Source of the DNA: Piromyces finnis finn
Taxonomy: Eukaryota; Fungi; Neocallimastigomycota
Length of the DNA stretch: 64,000 nucleotides
Reading direction: 5' to 3'
Assembly (NCBI GenBank): GCA_002104945.1
Contig: MCFH01000035.1
Location: forward strand, 310,001 to 374,000
Within the stretch, counting starts at the first letter, position 1. Each line of letters opens with the position of its first letter. The notes under the pieces are model-generated. The model worked only from the letters and a program-made list of their open reading frames with translations. It made no database searches and was not told the DNA's origin. Both the position numbers and the translations under genes were made by a program. Shown here piece by piece: positions 12,927 through 27,600 of this stretch.

Positions 12927-15190
12927 GAAAGAGAAAAATAATTTGTATAATAAAAAATCATTTTTAAATAATTAAAAACAATTAATAGAAGTCAAAGAAA
13001 ATTATTAAAAATTAATTCAATAATTACTATTTATTAATATATTATCAATTCTAGTATGCTTTATTACAATATCACCCAGAATTATCTAATACAGATAGTT
13101 CTTTATTAAATAATTTAAGACGTTATGAAAGTAAATACCCGGAAGAAGCTTCTTCATTTTTTAAAAATACCCTACCATATATCATTGAGCAAGCATTAAA
13201 TTTACCAAAATATTTAACAAAACCAATTCCATTACTGGGAAAATATATGAATATTGCAATCACGATAAATAAATTACAGGTATATTCAAAGTTAATTTAT
13301 ATAATATATAATAATTAATAATATTATTATTAATAAAAAATACAATGGACATATTTATTATCCATTAAATAATAATAATAATATAAAGAAAATAGTCAAT
13401 TTAGTAATAACATGATATATAATTATTTTTAATATTTTAAAGGCTATATCGTTATTAGCAAATCAATTTTTATGTATATTCACCAATGAAAATCACAAAA
13501 TATACCAAACACCAGAGTGCAGTTTCTTAGGAATGTTATCTTCTCCAAATTTCCCAATTGATTCTTCTGTTGAGAAAATTAGATGTGTAATTCACTATTT
13601 CGAAAAGATGAAAAGCAGAAGTAATTTATATATGTTCATATTATTATATTCATTAATAAATATATAAATATAATTTTATTTTTAAAAAAAAACTTTAAAG
13701 AGAAAATTTATGTTAATAATATTAATACAATATTTATTAATATTTTCATACAAAAATTCAGGTATAGATTCTTTAAAATCTGAATTATTAACATATCAAA
13801 GAGTAAGTTTGAAAGATAGTGATATACCAGATTGGATACATTCAAAGATGGATATTTGTAATGTTATTATAGATAAAGGAAAAAATATCGAAGATTGTGA
13901 AAATATGTTGCAAGTAGATTTTGCTAATAGTTATTTAGGTGGTGGTGTCTTAAAAGCTGTATGTTTTTTTGCTATTTTTATTTTTACATATTCTTTTTCC
14001 TATATAATATATACATATATATATTAATGTTTTATTTTTATATTTTTGTTTTTTATTTTAATATCATATATTTTATAATTATATTTCAAAAATAATAATA
14101 CTAATAATAACAATAATAAAAAAATTAATAAAAATATATATAATAAATAGGGTTGTGTTCAAGAAGAAATACGTTTTACTATAAATCCAGAGTTATTTAT
14201 TTCAATGATATTTACTCAACGATTAGATCATTTAGAATCTGCATTTATTATAGGAACAGAAAGAATTTCAAAATTTAAAGGTTATGGTAGATCCTTCAAG
14301 TATAATGGAGATTATAATGACAGTTATATAGCCTTGTAAATAATTGATGATTGGCATCATTTTTAATTTATTAAATAATAATATTTTAATTCATTTGAAT
14401 ACTTTTATATTAATTAAAATTATCATACCATTAAAAATAATATATAAATTATATAATAGTGATAAGTGGAATAGAAAATCAACAGAAATTGTTGCGTTGG
14501 ATGCAACTCATTATGGTTCATCATATAAAAAGTATATTCAATTTTCAACAAAAGATACTATCAGAGAAATGAATAAATTATATATTGGTTTCAAAGAGAA
14601 TGAATTTTCTAGCCTTAGTAAAGGATCATATATAGCAACTGGAAATTGGGGTATTTTAAATTATAATTATCATTCATGCGACTACTAATATTTATAATTA
14701 AAAAAACAATAAAATTAATATTTTTCTAAAAAAAAAAAAAAAAAAATAAATAAAAAAAAAAATAATGAAAAGGTTGTGGTGCTTATAATGGTGATTTAGA
14801 ATTAAAAGCCTTATTACAAATTATGGTTGCTTCTATTGCTGAAAGAAATATATATTATTGCCCATTTGATCAAGTCGAATTTGCGGATCGCTTAGGTCAA
14901 GTAATATCCAGTCTTAAGCAACATAATATAACCACAGGTAAATTTTCCAATTATTCAATTTATTATTTTTCATTTTAATTATATACATGAATCATTGAAT
15001 ATGTTGATTAATATATATTCATTCCATTTTATTTTATTTTATTTTATTTTATTTTATATTTTATTTAGATTTATTATACAAATTAATACGAACCTATAAT
15101 AATGAAGTTGTATTTGCAAGTGTTAATCAAAACAAATTACCAAATATTACTTTATTTGATTATATATTAGAAACGGTTAAATATAATTAA
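12417..15190 (+). CDS. PARG: Canonical-type poly(ADP-ribose) glycohydrolase, paralog 1; multi-exon
   Basis: Spliced QVDFANSYLGGGVLKA|GCVQEEIRFTINPEL gives the GGG-x6-8-QEE catalytic signature. Also GTERISKFKGYG (Tyr-clasp region) and ATGNWG|CGAYNGDLELKALLQIMVAS. Stop TAA at 15188-15190. Confidence 0.93.
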
Positions 15191-15739
15191 AGTGAAATAT
15201 ATATGTTATAATACAAAGGTCAAAAAAAAAAAAAAAAAAAAATCTTTCCAATTAATAATTTGAAAAATAATAAAAATGAGTAGAAATTTTAATTAATCAT
15301 TAAAATAAAATAAATTCATTTTAATAATATATAAATTATTTTATATTTTTAAGATGAATAGATTTCATAAAAGAATTATTTTTATAATATTTTTATTCTT
15401 TTTCATTTATCTTTTTCTTTTTTAAACAAAGTTTGAAAGTTAATAATGAAAATGATATAGTTAATATTCCAAAATTTTGTTTCTTCCTTTAATAATAAAT
15501 TAAGTCTTTTTCTTTTTAAAAAAAAAAAGAAAAAAAAAAAAGTTGTCAAACTTTAATTTATATTATTTTTTGAATTCAATTTAATTAAAAAAGTTTAATT
15601 AAATTTTTAATTTAAAAAATCAAAGTACCTTTTTTTTTTTTTTTTATTATTATATATACATACTTTTTTTAATCTCTTTTTTAATAGATATCCAAATTAG
15701 CTTAATAGCATTTAAATAAAAAAAAGATATAATAATAAA

Positions 15740-18161
15740 ATGACTAATGGAAGCTATTTTTCAAAATTTATTAATTTTTTTAAAAATGCATTAAGTTTTA
15801 AAGAGGAAATTGATTTTGATTTTTTTGTTGGAAATCCGGAATTAATAAAGTATAATTTTGGAAATATTATGTTATATCAAGTATGAAGTAAAAACATAAA
15901 TATATAAATATATGAAAAAAAACAAATAATAACATTAGTATATGTTAAAAAAAAAAAAAAGAAAAAAAAATTTAATAATTTTTTCAATAGTTTAAAAAAA
16001 AAACTCTTTTTTTTTTAAATTTTCGTATTTATTATTTGTCAGAATGAAATAAATTTGAATGATGAATTAAAAGACCATTTGCATTATATTTATATGCCAT
16101 TTTATGATTTTGATAATCCGTCAAAATTAGATAAAAAAAAATATGAAGAATATGTAAAAGCTTTAACAAGTACATCTATTACAGATTCAAAATCTTTTCA
16201 GGTACTACAATAATAAAAAGTCAATCATCTTTAGATGTTCAAGAAAAATATTATATATAATAATTAATAGAAGATATCCATATTTATATATGTACATTAT
16301 TTCTTCATATTATTTAAAATAAAAAAAAAATAATTTTTTTTGGGGGGGCTTAAAGAATGCATTATTAAAATATCATAAAAATTTACCCAATATCGATGTT
16401 TTATTTAATAATTTAAAACTATATGAAAAAGCATATCCAGAGGAAGCAAACGTTTTTTTTAATGATATATTACCTTTCATTATTGAACAAGCATTAAAAC
16501 TACCAGAATATTTTAAAACGCCTATTCCTCTATTAGAAAAATATATGAATATAGCTATCACTATAAATAAATTACAAGTAATTTAAACAAATAAAATATA
16601 TATAATATAATAAAGTTTTTAAATAGATAGATCTAAATTTTTTAACATGATATATGTATATATATAGGCGATTTCTTTATTATCAAATCAATTTTTATGC
16701 ATTTTTACAGATTATGATAACAAATATAGTTGTACACCATTTTGCAGTTTTTTAAATTTACTTTCATCCTATCGTCCTCCATCATCATCATGTGTTGAAA
16801 AAATTAGATGCATTATACATTATTTTGATAAAATGAGAAAAAAAAGTAAAAAAAAAAAAAAATCTTTTTATTTTATTCGAATTTCATAATAAAAATAAAA
16901 AGAACTTTAATTTTATTTATTTTGTGTATATATATTATACATGTTTCTTAGGTTTAGATACTTTGAAATCCGAATTAATAACTTATCAAAGAGTTAGTGT
17001 AAATGAAGATTCTATCCCTAATTGGATATCTAATAAAGCTAACATATGTCAAGTTATTGTTGATAAAAACAAATCTATTGAAGATTGTGATGGTATGCTT
17101 CAAGTTGATTTTGCTAATTGTTCATTAGGTGGTGGAGTTTTAAGAGGTGTATGTAAATAATGTATTTTTTTTTAAAAAATTATACAATGTATTATAAGTG
17201 TAATACCATCTTTCAAAAATTTTAATCAAATTAAAATTTTCCATCACATAGGGATGCGTTCAAGAAGAAATACGCTTTTCTATTAACCCTGAATTAATTG
17301 TATCGATGGTTTTTACACAGTTATTAGAACCATTAGAAAGTGTATACCTTATTGGTTCAGAACGTACATCCCAATATACTGGTTATGGATCATCATTTAA
17401 ATATAATAATGATTATGATGATACTATAAAATTGTATGCCCCTTTCTCTCTTTCTATATATAACTTTTCTTTTTTATTTGTTTATATAATAATTATACCT
17501 ATATATATATATTATTTATACAAAATAGTGATCAATTTAACAGAAAATTAACCGAGATTGTCGCCATTGATGCAAAATTTTATAATCAAGGAGCTGAATT
17601 GTATCAACAATATTCAAAAAAAGATATTGATAGAGAGATAAATAAATTGTATTCCGGGTTTAAAGATAATGAACTCTCAAATTATCAGAAAAATTCTTTT
17701 ATTGCTACAGGAAATTGGGGTAATTTTATAATTTAAAAATAAAGACTTTTGTATAAATCCATAATAATACTAATAACAATAACAATAAAATGTTTAAGGT
17801 TGTGGAGCATTTAATGGAAATATACAATTAAAATCTTTAGTACAAATATTGGTTGCATCTGTTGTAGGAAAAAATATTTATTATTGCCCATTTAATAAAA
17901 CAGAATTTGCAAGTCAATTAGAAATACTTCTTCAAAAACTTAAATCAAAACAAACCACAACAGGTAACTTTTAAAAGTATATATATATATATATATAATT
18001 TAAACAAAACAGTATACTAATTTATTATTATTTATTAATCAGATCTTTTATATCAATACATAGTATCATATTATGATGATATAATATATGAAAAAGTTTC
18101 AAATGAAAATCCACCAAAATTAACTTTATTTGATTATATATTAGAAAAATTGGAAAATTAA
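15740..18161 (+). CDS. PARG: Canonical-type poly(ADP-ribose) glycohydrolase, paralog 2 (tandem duplicate); multi-exon
   Basis: Spliced QVDFANCSLGGGVLRG|GCVQEEIRFSINPEL, GSERTSQYTGYG and ATGNWG|CGAFNGNIQLKSLVQILVAS. ATG 15740 is in frame with the exon-1 donor at 15880/15881. Stop TAA at 18159-18161. Intron positions match paralog 1. Confidence 0.93.
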
Positions 18162-18183
18162 ATATACAAAATACTAAACCATG

Positions 18184-18313
<130 letters not shown>

Positions 18314-19034
18314 GTATTATATAAAAATAAAAATATCTAATAAACTTTCAATGATATACATTTATACATTTATCTTTAGTATTTATATTTTTAAGCTTAT
18401 ATTTATTCATGTTTCGTATTTAACTTTTAATGTATCAATGAAGATACTATAATGCAGCATTGTTTTTAATATATATATTTATGCTGTCCTTATTATAGTA
18501 TTCAAAAAGAAAAATCTAAATGAAGTTTTAGTTTTAAAATTATTTTAAAATTAAAAAAAAAATTACTATAATGAAATTAAAATAACTTTATAAACTAATG
18601 CTTTTTCTAATATATTCAATATTACTGATTTTTAATGATTTATAAAAAGATGAATTAAATCAAATGGTTTATTAATTGTATTACTGAAATATGCTGTTTT
18701 TTTTTCCTTTTTTTCTAAATCCATTATTTTTATAATTATTAGCATTATAAAATTTTAAAATATATTTTAATTTTAAATACAATAAAATTTTAATTTAAGA
18801 TTTAATAAATTAATTTAATTTAAAAAATATATTTATATATATTATTATTATTATATATTTTTAATTTTCTTAATTTTTTTTTTTTTAATAATAAATAAAA
18901 AAAAAAATAATTATTAAAAATAAAAAAATATACAAAAAAAATAAAAAATAAAAAAAAATAATAATTTAAATATCAATAAGAATAATTGATTTTTATTTTT
19001 TTGTTATTAAAGGAAAGAAAAATAATTATTTAAA

Positions 19035-20416
19035 ATGGTAAATAATAATATTCAGAAACTAATAAATTAATAACAATAACTAAAAAAAAAAAAAAGGGGA
19101 GCCAGAATTTATGCCTCTATTTTTTATTATAATTAATATTGTTTAAAAGAGAATTAATATTCATTACTACTAGTATATATAAAAAGGAAAATAATAAAAA
19201 AAAAAAAAAAGTAATATGTTATAAAGAAAACTAATAAGCAAAAAAAAAGTATCTAAAATAACATATTAATGTGGAAAAAGCACATTTTTAATAATAAGAT
19301 GATACCTAATAATCTCAAAACTATATTATTATTAACCAAAAATAAAAAATCACAAAAATAAAGTTATATGCAAATTACATTGTTATTGAGAATAATGAAA
19401 CTTTTAAAAATATAAATTTCAGTATGAAAGAAAAAAAAAAAAAAGTTAAAGCTCTATAATTATTCAATTATACCAATTAATATGTATTTAACAATAATAC
19501 ATTTATTTAATAATACATGGATCATACATTATAATTTATACATGGTTTATTACAGTAGTTCTTCATAAACAAATTCATAAAGGAAAACTAACTATATGCA
19601 TATTGTTTTTAGTTATAATTCCAAATCAATGAAATTAAAAAATATTTAATAATAAATAAGTTTAATAAAAATTAATAATTGAACGTTCTTCATTGGACAT
19701 AATAATAAGAGTCACTAAGATATATTAAACATAAAATAAAACAATATAAAACCAAAAATTAGTTCCTTATAATAAAATGTTATTTATAATACAAACATTA
19801 TTGAAATTTGTTGAATAATAGGCTAAATTCTTTCTCTCTTTTTATATTTATTTTAATTTATATATATATAATATGATAATATGATTAAATATTAAAAATA
19901 AATTATTAATTTTATTTTTTTTTTTTATTACCTATTATATATATTAATACGCTCAATAAAAAACAATAATAAAAAATATATATTTCCAAAAATAAAAAAT
20001 AAAAATAAAAATAAAAATAAAAACAATAATAATATTGGTATTGGTAATAACAATTACATTAATAAAATGAAATATATATATAAACAATAATAAAATAGGA
20101 TCCATCTGAAGAACAACAAGATAAGAGAGACAAGCAATTAAATTATGCTATGGATTTAATGAGAAGATTACCTCCTCAAAACATTGAAATTAATGTTGCT
20201 AATTTAATTGATTTATGTCAAGATGGTGAAGAAGATTTTGATGATTTCACTGGTGACCTTCTTTCATCAATTCACCAACCTCTCTTAGTTAAAATTTGTC
20301 CAGCCACTAACAAGGAATACTTAGCTAGTGACTACAACAGAGATTTAGATTCATACCGGTAATGAAAAGTTTTAGTAAAGAAAAAAACACTATTAATTCT
20401 AGCAACTAAAGTTAAA

Positions 20417-20465
<49 letters not shown>

Positions 20466-20525
20466 ATTTATCTCATGTCTTTTCTTTTATCACAAATTCT
20501 CTAACAATTATAATAAATAACCATA

Positions 20526-20571
<46 letters not shown>

Positions 20572-21388
20572 GAAAGTATTATTTTATTAACAATATATTT
20601 GTCATTTATAAATTGTATAAACATTTAAATAAAATGGATAACTAGTTCTCCATGGTCTAATAAATTCGACCCACCACTTCAAGATGCTACCTACCCATCT
20701 GAACAATTAAGAAAACTTGAAATTCAAGCTAATGAAGCTTTTGATGTTTACCGTGACTTGTAATTATTATTTATCTAATTAAATATTTTAAATTTATAAT
20801 AATAAATTTATTATAAAATATTATTATAATAATTAAAAATATATATATAATTTTTTTTTATTAATATTATATATTAATTTATTTATTTATTTTTATTAAT
20901 TATTTGTTTTTTCTAATCTTTATATACTATCTATCTATCTATCTATATATTTATTTATTTTTATTTTTTTGGATATACACAAACAATATAATAAACAAAT
21001 CATCAATATTGAATCATCGTTATATTAACGTTTAATTAAAACAAAAAAAAACATTACAAAATCTTTTATATTATATCAATATAATAAATTTAAATAAATA
21101 AAAAAAACAATAATAAAAAACCAAAAGATACTATGGTGGTGGTTTATCATCTGTATATATGTGGGATACTGAAACTGGTTTTGCCGCTGCTGTTTTCCTC
21201 AAGAAAAGTATGTTGTTATTGTTAATATTTTATATATTATCATTATTTAATTTAATGATATTAATAGTTCATTTAATATAACTATTAATTATTTAAAAAA
21301 TATGTTAATAACCTTACTGTATTTATAATATAATATATGATATTGCATCAAATTCTTATATATATATACATTAATAATTATCCCCCAA

Positions 21389-21480
<92 letters not shown>

Positions 21481-22122
21481 ATTTCTAATCACCAAAATAA
21501 TAATAAGCTAATGAAAATAGTGAAAATGATAAGAGTTCATGGGATTCTATTCATATCTTTGAAGTTGAAAACAAGGGTCGTAATGTATTATACAAATTGA
21601 CTTCAACCATTACTCTTTACATTCTTAACAGTAACAAAGATATGGGTAATATGAATTTATCCGGTAGTTTAACTCGTTATGTAAGTCCCTTTTATTATAT
21701 ATATTAATCAGTATATAAAAAATTCTACTTGGATTTTTGCTTTTATTTTTTTTTTTTTTAATACATTCAATCATAATAATTATTAACCTATTATTTTAAA
21801 TTAATAATTATTAATCAAACCTACCTCTTTATTTTTTTTATTATGTCAATTATTATTATGATTATTATGATTATTTTAATTATTATTTTATTTTTGAAAG
21901 ACCGAAAGTGAATACCCATTAGCTCATTATTCAGATCATGTTGGTAATCTTGGAAGAATGGTTGAAGGTATGGAATATAACATGAGAAATACTTTACAAG
22001 AAATATATTTCGGAAAGACCAAAAATATTGTTAATGAATTAAGATCAATTGCTTCTCTTGAAGATGAAAAGAAGAAAATGTTATTTACTAAAGATCTTAT
22101 GAGCCGTCTTAAAAAGAACTAA
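19035..22122 (+). CDS. CAP2: F-actin capping protein beta subunit; multi-exon; start codon inferred in an ATG-only first exon
   Basis: Exons encode [39 protein letters not shown]|[43 protein letters not shown] and [13 protein letters not shown]...[19 protein letters not shown]. Start 19035 (ATG|gtaaat) is inferred; the coding body is firm from 20099. Confidence 0.93.
21389..21478. repeat. (AAT)n microsatellite in a capping protein beta intron
   Basis: Direct reading; source of the spurious poly-Leu ORF. Confidence 0.95.
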
Positions 22123-22715
22123 AAATAATAATAATAATAATAATAATAAAAAATAAGAAATAAAAAAAAAAAAAAAGTAAATAATTAAATAAAAAAAAGT
22201 AAAAATAAAATAAATTTTATTTTATTTTTGATGCTAAGAAAATATAAATGATAAGGAAAAAAAAAAAAAGTCAAAAACATCTCATTCTGATAATAATCAT
22301 AATAATAAAATAAAAAAAAAAAAAGTAATATTAAATAATATTCAACTTTACACTAAACTATAAGAAAAATCAAATAAAATAATAAAAATCTATAAAAAAA
22401 AAAAAAAAAAAAAAGTGTTTTGTTCATTTTAATAGTTATATTACTTTATTTATTTCGTATTTATATCATTTTAAAAATACTTTTTTGTAATAAAGATATA
22501 AGTTAATATATATATATATATAATTTCCTGATAGAAGATAAAAAATTGTCATATTTATATATATATATATATATATTTCTTTTTTTTTACATAACTTCTT
22601 TAATTTTCGGTTTTTATTTTTCAGTTTTTTTTTTTTAAAAAATTCTATTGTAAAAAAAAAAATATATTTATATAGAGTAAAAATAAAAAAAAAAATATTT
22701 AATAATTAATTATTC

Positions 22716-24687
22716 CTAATCTAACAAAAGTCTTTCTGTTTCTTTTGTTTTTTCGGTATATTGATTACTTAAATAAGAGAATGAAAATGCCATTATAATT
22801 AATAAAACTAAAATAATACTAAATATTGAAAATACAAAATTATTTCTATTCTCAATCATTTTTGAATAATGAGCACCAGCGCCTACACCTAAAAGAATAA
22901 GCATTAAGATTCCTATTATTAGGTAACACCATTTCCAAAATTTTGTAACAGATTTCATACAATCTGGACAATAATATTTTGGAGAAAAAAGACTTGGAAG
23001 GAAATAATAAAATCTTTGACTATGATCAAGACAACAAAGATCTATTATTATTAAAATTAAAAAAAAAAAAGGTTATTATGAATGTTATAACCATTATTTA
23101 GATATATAATAATATAAATTTTGCATACTTGAGCATTTTTCACATTTATTAGTTGCTATCCATTCACATTTATTATAAGTACATAGTTGGAATTTTGGAG
23201 GATTTTTTGGAAGAGTGTATCTGTTATTTGTACCACCTTTTAATTAGATTTAAAAGTGTTAGTTTTCAAATATTTATATTAAATTTTAAATTTTTCAAAA
23301 ATTGAACATATAATTACTTCTTAAATTGGTTGATTCGTTATTGATCTTTTTTGATGATCTAACAGCAGAAGGCATTTTTATTCTAATTCAATAAAAGGAA
23401 TAAAATAAATATTTTAACATAAATACAAATGATGTATATATGTAGTTTCAAATGTTATTTTTTTCAACTTACGATGGACTAGAATATACAATAGCATCAT
23501 TATTCATTGCATTATTTAATGATTTAGAGGTGGCTTGTTGTAAAAGTTTTTCTTGTTCTGCTAATTCTTGAGCTTTCTTTCTTCTTTGTTGTTGTAAAAG
23601 ACGTATTCTACATGAAACAGAACGTTGTGGAGTAATAACTTCATCTAATGGAATCATTGATTCTAAAATTGGAATTTTCGATGGTGGTTCATCTGGAGAT
23701 AAAAATTTTCTTTCTGGATCAATAGCTGCGTGATATTTAATCCAATCCTCAACAGAATTTGGTATTATTGCTGGATCAGTACTATAATTATATATCAATA
23801 ATTTTATATATATATCAACAATATTAATATAATTATTGATATATTTATTATATAGAATTTTATGATTAAAAATTAATAATTTATAATGTTTAAAAAACTT
23901 ACATGGTATTGACAACTTCATTTACTGGAAGAAGTAAAGTACTTGGATCAATAACAATAACCATTTGATTATCCTTTTCTTCTTCATAATCAGAATCATC
24001 CTTTCCTAATGCAAGTGGAGGAACTGGAGGAGAAGAAGCGCCTTTATTTTTCATTGGAGAAGAAGCTGGTATATCCATTGAATTTATAGTGTTTAATATT
24101 TTAATATTATGACTACTAGTATTTAAATTATTAAAACTATTGTTAATACTATTGTTAATATTGTTATTCATGCTATTGTTAACATTTTGTTGAGTGGATG
24201 GTGATGGTAAATTTGAGTTAATAATGTTAGTTGGTGAATTTTGTATTTGTGCGTTATTTGTAAAACTGTTATTAAAACTATTTTGGCGTAACTGATTCAT
24301 ACTATTATTTATTGTATTTAAAGTATTGTTTCCTAATAAATTCCTAGTAGAATTATTATTTAAGCTAAAACTATTATTATTATTAGAAGAGTTGCTCATC
24401 ATTAATGAATTATTAAAATTATTACTATTAACAAGAATGTTGTTGTTTGTAGTTGAATTATTAAATGATATATTTGGAGTATTTGTATTAAAAGTATTAT
24501 TGTTTAAAGTATTAAAATTAAAAGATTGATTGGGTAAATCTTCTAATAATTGATTATTAATTTTATTCTCAGGAGTCGTTGATTGAGAATAAGTTGAGTT
24601 TGACAAATCAGAATTTTCTCTATTTAGGTTATTATTACTTAATAATAAATTTTTACTTGAATTTACGGAATGTGTTGTTTGTTTCAT
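22716..24687 (-). CDS. Uncharacterised protein: Asn-rich low-complexity N-terminus, B-box/AN1-like Cys/His zinc finger, two C-terminal TM helices; 5 exons
   Basis: ORFs 23899-24687, 23469-23921 (in part) and 22716-22958 join through clean gtaagt/gtaatt/gtatgc donors and two short exons. Spliced C-terminus reads CTYNKCEWIATNKCEKCS..LCCLDH...YYCPDCM, then WCYLIIGILMLILLGVGAGAHY and FVFSIFSIILVLLIIMAFSFSYL. Confidence 0.7.
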
Positions 24688-27600
24688 ATTTATTTATTAT
24701 TTAAAAAACAACTTTTCTTTAATTCTTTTTTTTCATATATTAAAAAAAAAGAATATTTTATTACAATGTATAAAATGCGCTTTCCTATATTGTATTTACT
24801 GGTAAGATAAATATTTTTTAAAGTTTTTTTTACTTTAAAAATTAATTTTTGATACGTTTTGTTTGTATTTTTATTTTTGTTTTTTATTTATTGATAACTA
24901 TACAAAATAGATATTATGGGTTTAACATACTTTTTGTTTATTATCTATTATATTATTTTTAATAGTTTATTGTCAGTAAATATGTTTCTTAAATAATACG
25001 TTTAAAAAACATTATATCTATAACATACCTATTGTTTTTTTTTCTTTTATTATATTCAATATAATAATTAGAAAAATATTATTTTTTATTATTTTTGTTA
25101 CTTCTTATTAATATTTAAATTATATATAATAATATATATTTAAATTATTTCACTTTAAGACAAAGTATCAATATTTATTAATTGATTTGTATTATTTAAT
25201 TACTGTATATAATTATTGCTAATTTTTATTCATAAAAAATTGTCTTAACACAATTGTTATTTTTAGTAATATTTAATCAAAATTAATTTAATGGTTATTT
25301 CTATTTAAAAATCAAATATTTTTACTTTCTTAAATTAAAATAAACTAAACTATCATACGTTTTCTAATAATGTACTAAAATTATTAAGTAATATAGAATA
25401 AGTTATGACAAATATTTATATAATAAATGAATAAATAGATAAACTACGATGTATAGTATTATTAAAAGTAAAAGACAATATATAAAAATATTATTTAAAT
25501 AAAAATATATTTTGATTTCTATAAAGGTATTTTCTTTTTAAATAATCTAATATAAATATTATATAAAGATTATAGTTTTTTTTTTTCTTTTTTAATACTA
25601 ATGGTGTATTAGTATATATTAAAATGATATTGTTGAAATTATTTTAAGTTTATTATGTTATAAAAATAAAATATATATTATTTATATTTCATATTTGATA
25701 ACATTTATCAACAAAATTATAGTGTTATTTATATCTTTACTTTCAATAAGATTTAAATAACAAAATGTAAATTAATTTTGATTTTGGATATTGATACTTT
25801 ATTGAATAATTTTATTTAAGATATTTTATAATCTATTTATGTTTTCACCCGTTTATTTTTATTTTCTCTTTTTTCTTTCTTCTTCTTCTTCTTTAATTTT
25901 ACCAGAGAAATCTTTTAAAGCTAATTACACTCTTTTTTATTAATCCTAACATTAATATAAAAAAGTATAAAAAAAAAGAAAAGAAAAGAATAAAAATAAT
26001 AAAAATAATAATAAAACTATAAAATAAATAATAAAAAAAAAAAAAGATATAAAAATTGGTTAACAATAAAATTAATTACAAAATAAATTAATCAATAAAA
26101 TTTAAATATATTATCAATATACTTTATTAAATAGAAAATGATTTTAATAATGACAAAGAATATGAAAATTCCAAAAAGCTAGTAAAAGTAATAAATAAAA
26201 TAAATTATTTTAATTTTAAATATCAATATATTAATTAATATATAATATATTTGATATATAATAAATTTTATATTATTTAATATATTTTATAAGTTTTAAT
26301 TAATAGTTTTAAATTATAGATTTATTATATATTGTATATATTAAATAAGATAAATTAGTAATAAAGTTTATTTATTATATAAACCAAATTTAAGGATAAA
26401 ATATATTAAAATATATATTACATATATATAAATATTAATATTAACACAAATTTTATTAATTATTATTAAGTAAAATATAAAATGGCAACAAAATAAAATG
26501 TTCAACAAAAGAAACAAGGAAAAAGGGAAAAGATGATGATGAAAAGGTGAAAGAGTGAACTATTTATTATTAATAATAGCAATAATAGAAATACATCAAA
26601 ACCATTTAATATAGTCAAAGTATGAATGGATTATAAAAAAATTTTGTTATCTACGACATCCAATGATCAAAATACGAATGACTATCTATTTACTAATAAT
26701 AAATAATATGATAATTGCTGTAGCATTTTAACAAGAATCATATTATATAAATGAATTGGTTTACATATATGTATAATTTTTAAATATTTAAATAAATTGG
26801 AAGATTAATACTTTTGATTATTTATTCCTTTACGAATAGGATAAGATATAAAATAAAAAGGAAATATAAAAAAAAAAAATAATTATTTTTCTTTTTCAAA
26901 ATAAATTCTATTTCTTTTTTTTTTTTTTTACAGATAAAAAAATAAATTTACATTGGTATAAAATAGCAAAGAAATTAGTATAAATGTATTTCTTGTTTCA
27001 TAGTGCCATAGCACATAATGAAAGCTCATTTTAATTATCATTTTTTAATTTTTATTATAAGAAAAATAAAGATTTATATATAAATAGTTATAATATTTAT
27101 GATTAAAGAATCACATTTAAAATTCACCAATTCATTTGAATCATTTCACCTCTCTTTAAAAAAAGAAAACTGTTGTTACTGCTACTTCCTAGCCTAGATT
27201 TTCTTTTCTTAGCTATACTTTCCCTTCCTTCATTTTTCCATAAATAAAATAGTGTTTTAGGTTCTAAACCCAAATCATTATCCTTTTTCTTTAATTCTAA
27301 AATTCTTTTTAGGGTTATTAACTATAATTTTTGGAAGTATTACACAAAATAAATGAAATTGTAAATTTTTAATTATTTTTTTATATTACTGTATAACCAA
27401 TAAAACTTGTATACTATTAAATTACATTAATATATTGTGTCATTAATAAATTAAACAATTACAAATTTGTAATGTAGATTGTACCACTATAATATATTAA
27501 AGCTTATTTATCTATTGACATTTAAAAAATAAATATCAAAGATAGTTTTATAATATATTTCAATATATAACAATATATTGTTATAATAAATATTAATTTA

